A stretch of 64,000 nt of DNA from a virus (Duplodnaviria; Caudoviricetes), in IMG/VR virus record IMGVR_UViG_3300037589_000163, positions 1 through 64,000 of that record; one strand, written 5' to 3'. How positions within the stretch are numbered: the stretch's first letter is position 1; every line of letters begins with the position of its first letter. The notes below the pieces were generated by a model that was not told the DNA's origin, searched no databases, and saw nothing but the letters and a program-made list of their open reading frames with translations. The translations under genes were made by a program, and so were the position numbers. This document shows positions 63,920 to 64,000 of the stretch, one piece after another.

Positions 63920-64000
63920 GCCCCCATCCTTTTCTTCTTCAGAGGAAGCCTCGTGCCCGCCATCGGTCGTATCGACCTCATCAGCACGCGGATCTCCATC

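Larger units (their letters stand above)
1416..64000. mobile_element. Integrated N4-like (Schitoviridae-type) prophage; right end outside the window
   Basis: Integrase next to host DNA, plus N4 hallmark genes: vRNAP, split RNAPII, gp1/gp2, portal, MCP, TerL, DNAP, primase, SSB; no obvious frameshifts in the large genes. Confidence 0.92.

Noticed and set aside
1-64000. CRISPR array, rRNA, IS element, intron/intein or reverse transcriptase
   Set aside because: No regularly spaced repeats, transposase motifs, YxDD RT motif or interrupted genes were seen

Overview
Bases ~1-1400 are GC-rich alphaproteobacterial-type host DNA: a membrane transporter gene and tRNA-Ser(GCT). From ~1416 to the window edge is an apparently intact, integrated N4-like (Schitoviridae-type) prophage. 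It carries a tyrosine integrase with an overlapping Xis-like ORF, the two-subunit RNAPII, N4 gp1/gp2-like early genes with hairpin promoters, terminase, tail, lysis, portal, capsid, a 3546-aa virion RNA polymerase, SSB, primase, DNA polymerase A, helicase and an H-NS-like gene. The gene order is circularly permuted relative to N4: the virion-end junction lies at ~13.7-14.6 kb and the right att end is outside the window. Main leads are the temperate N4-like lifestyle, a ~350-nt structured ncRNA candidate downstream of gp2, a palindrome-rich control region before xis/int, a recurrent GATAAT intergenic motif, a Tad2-like/Gp49-fusion operon, an NAD/ADP-ribose gene set, an H-NS-like protein and a lone antisense lipoprotein. 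Family assignments come from motif recognition by eye; no database search was run.
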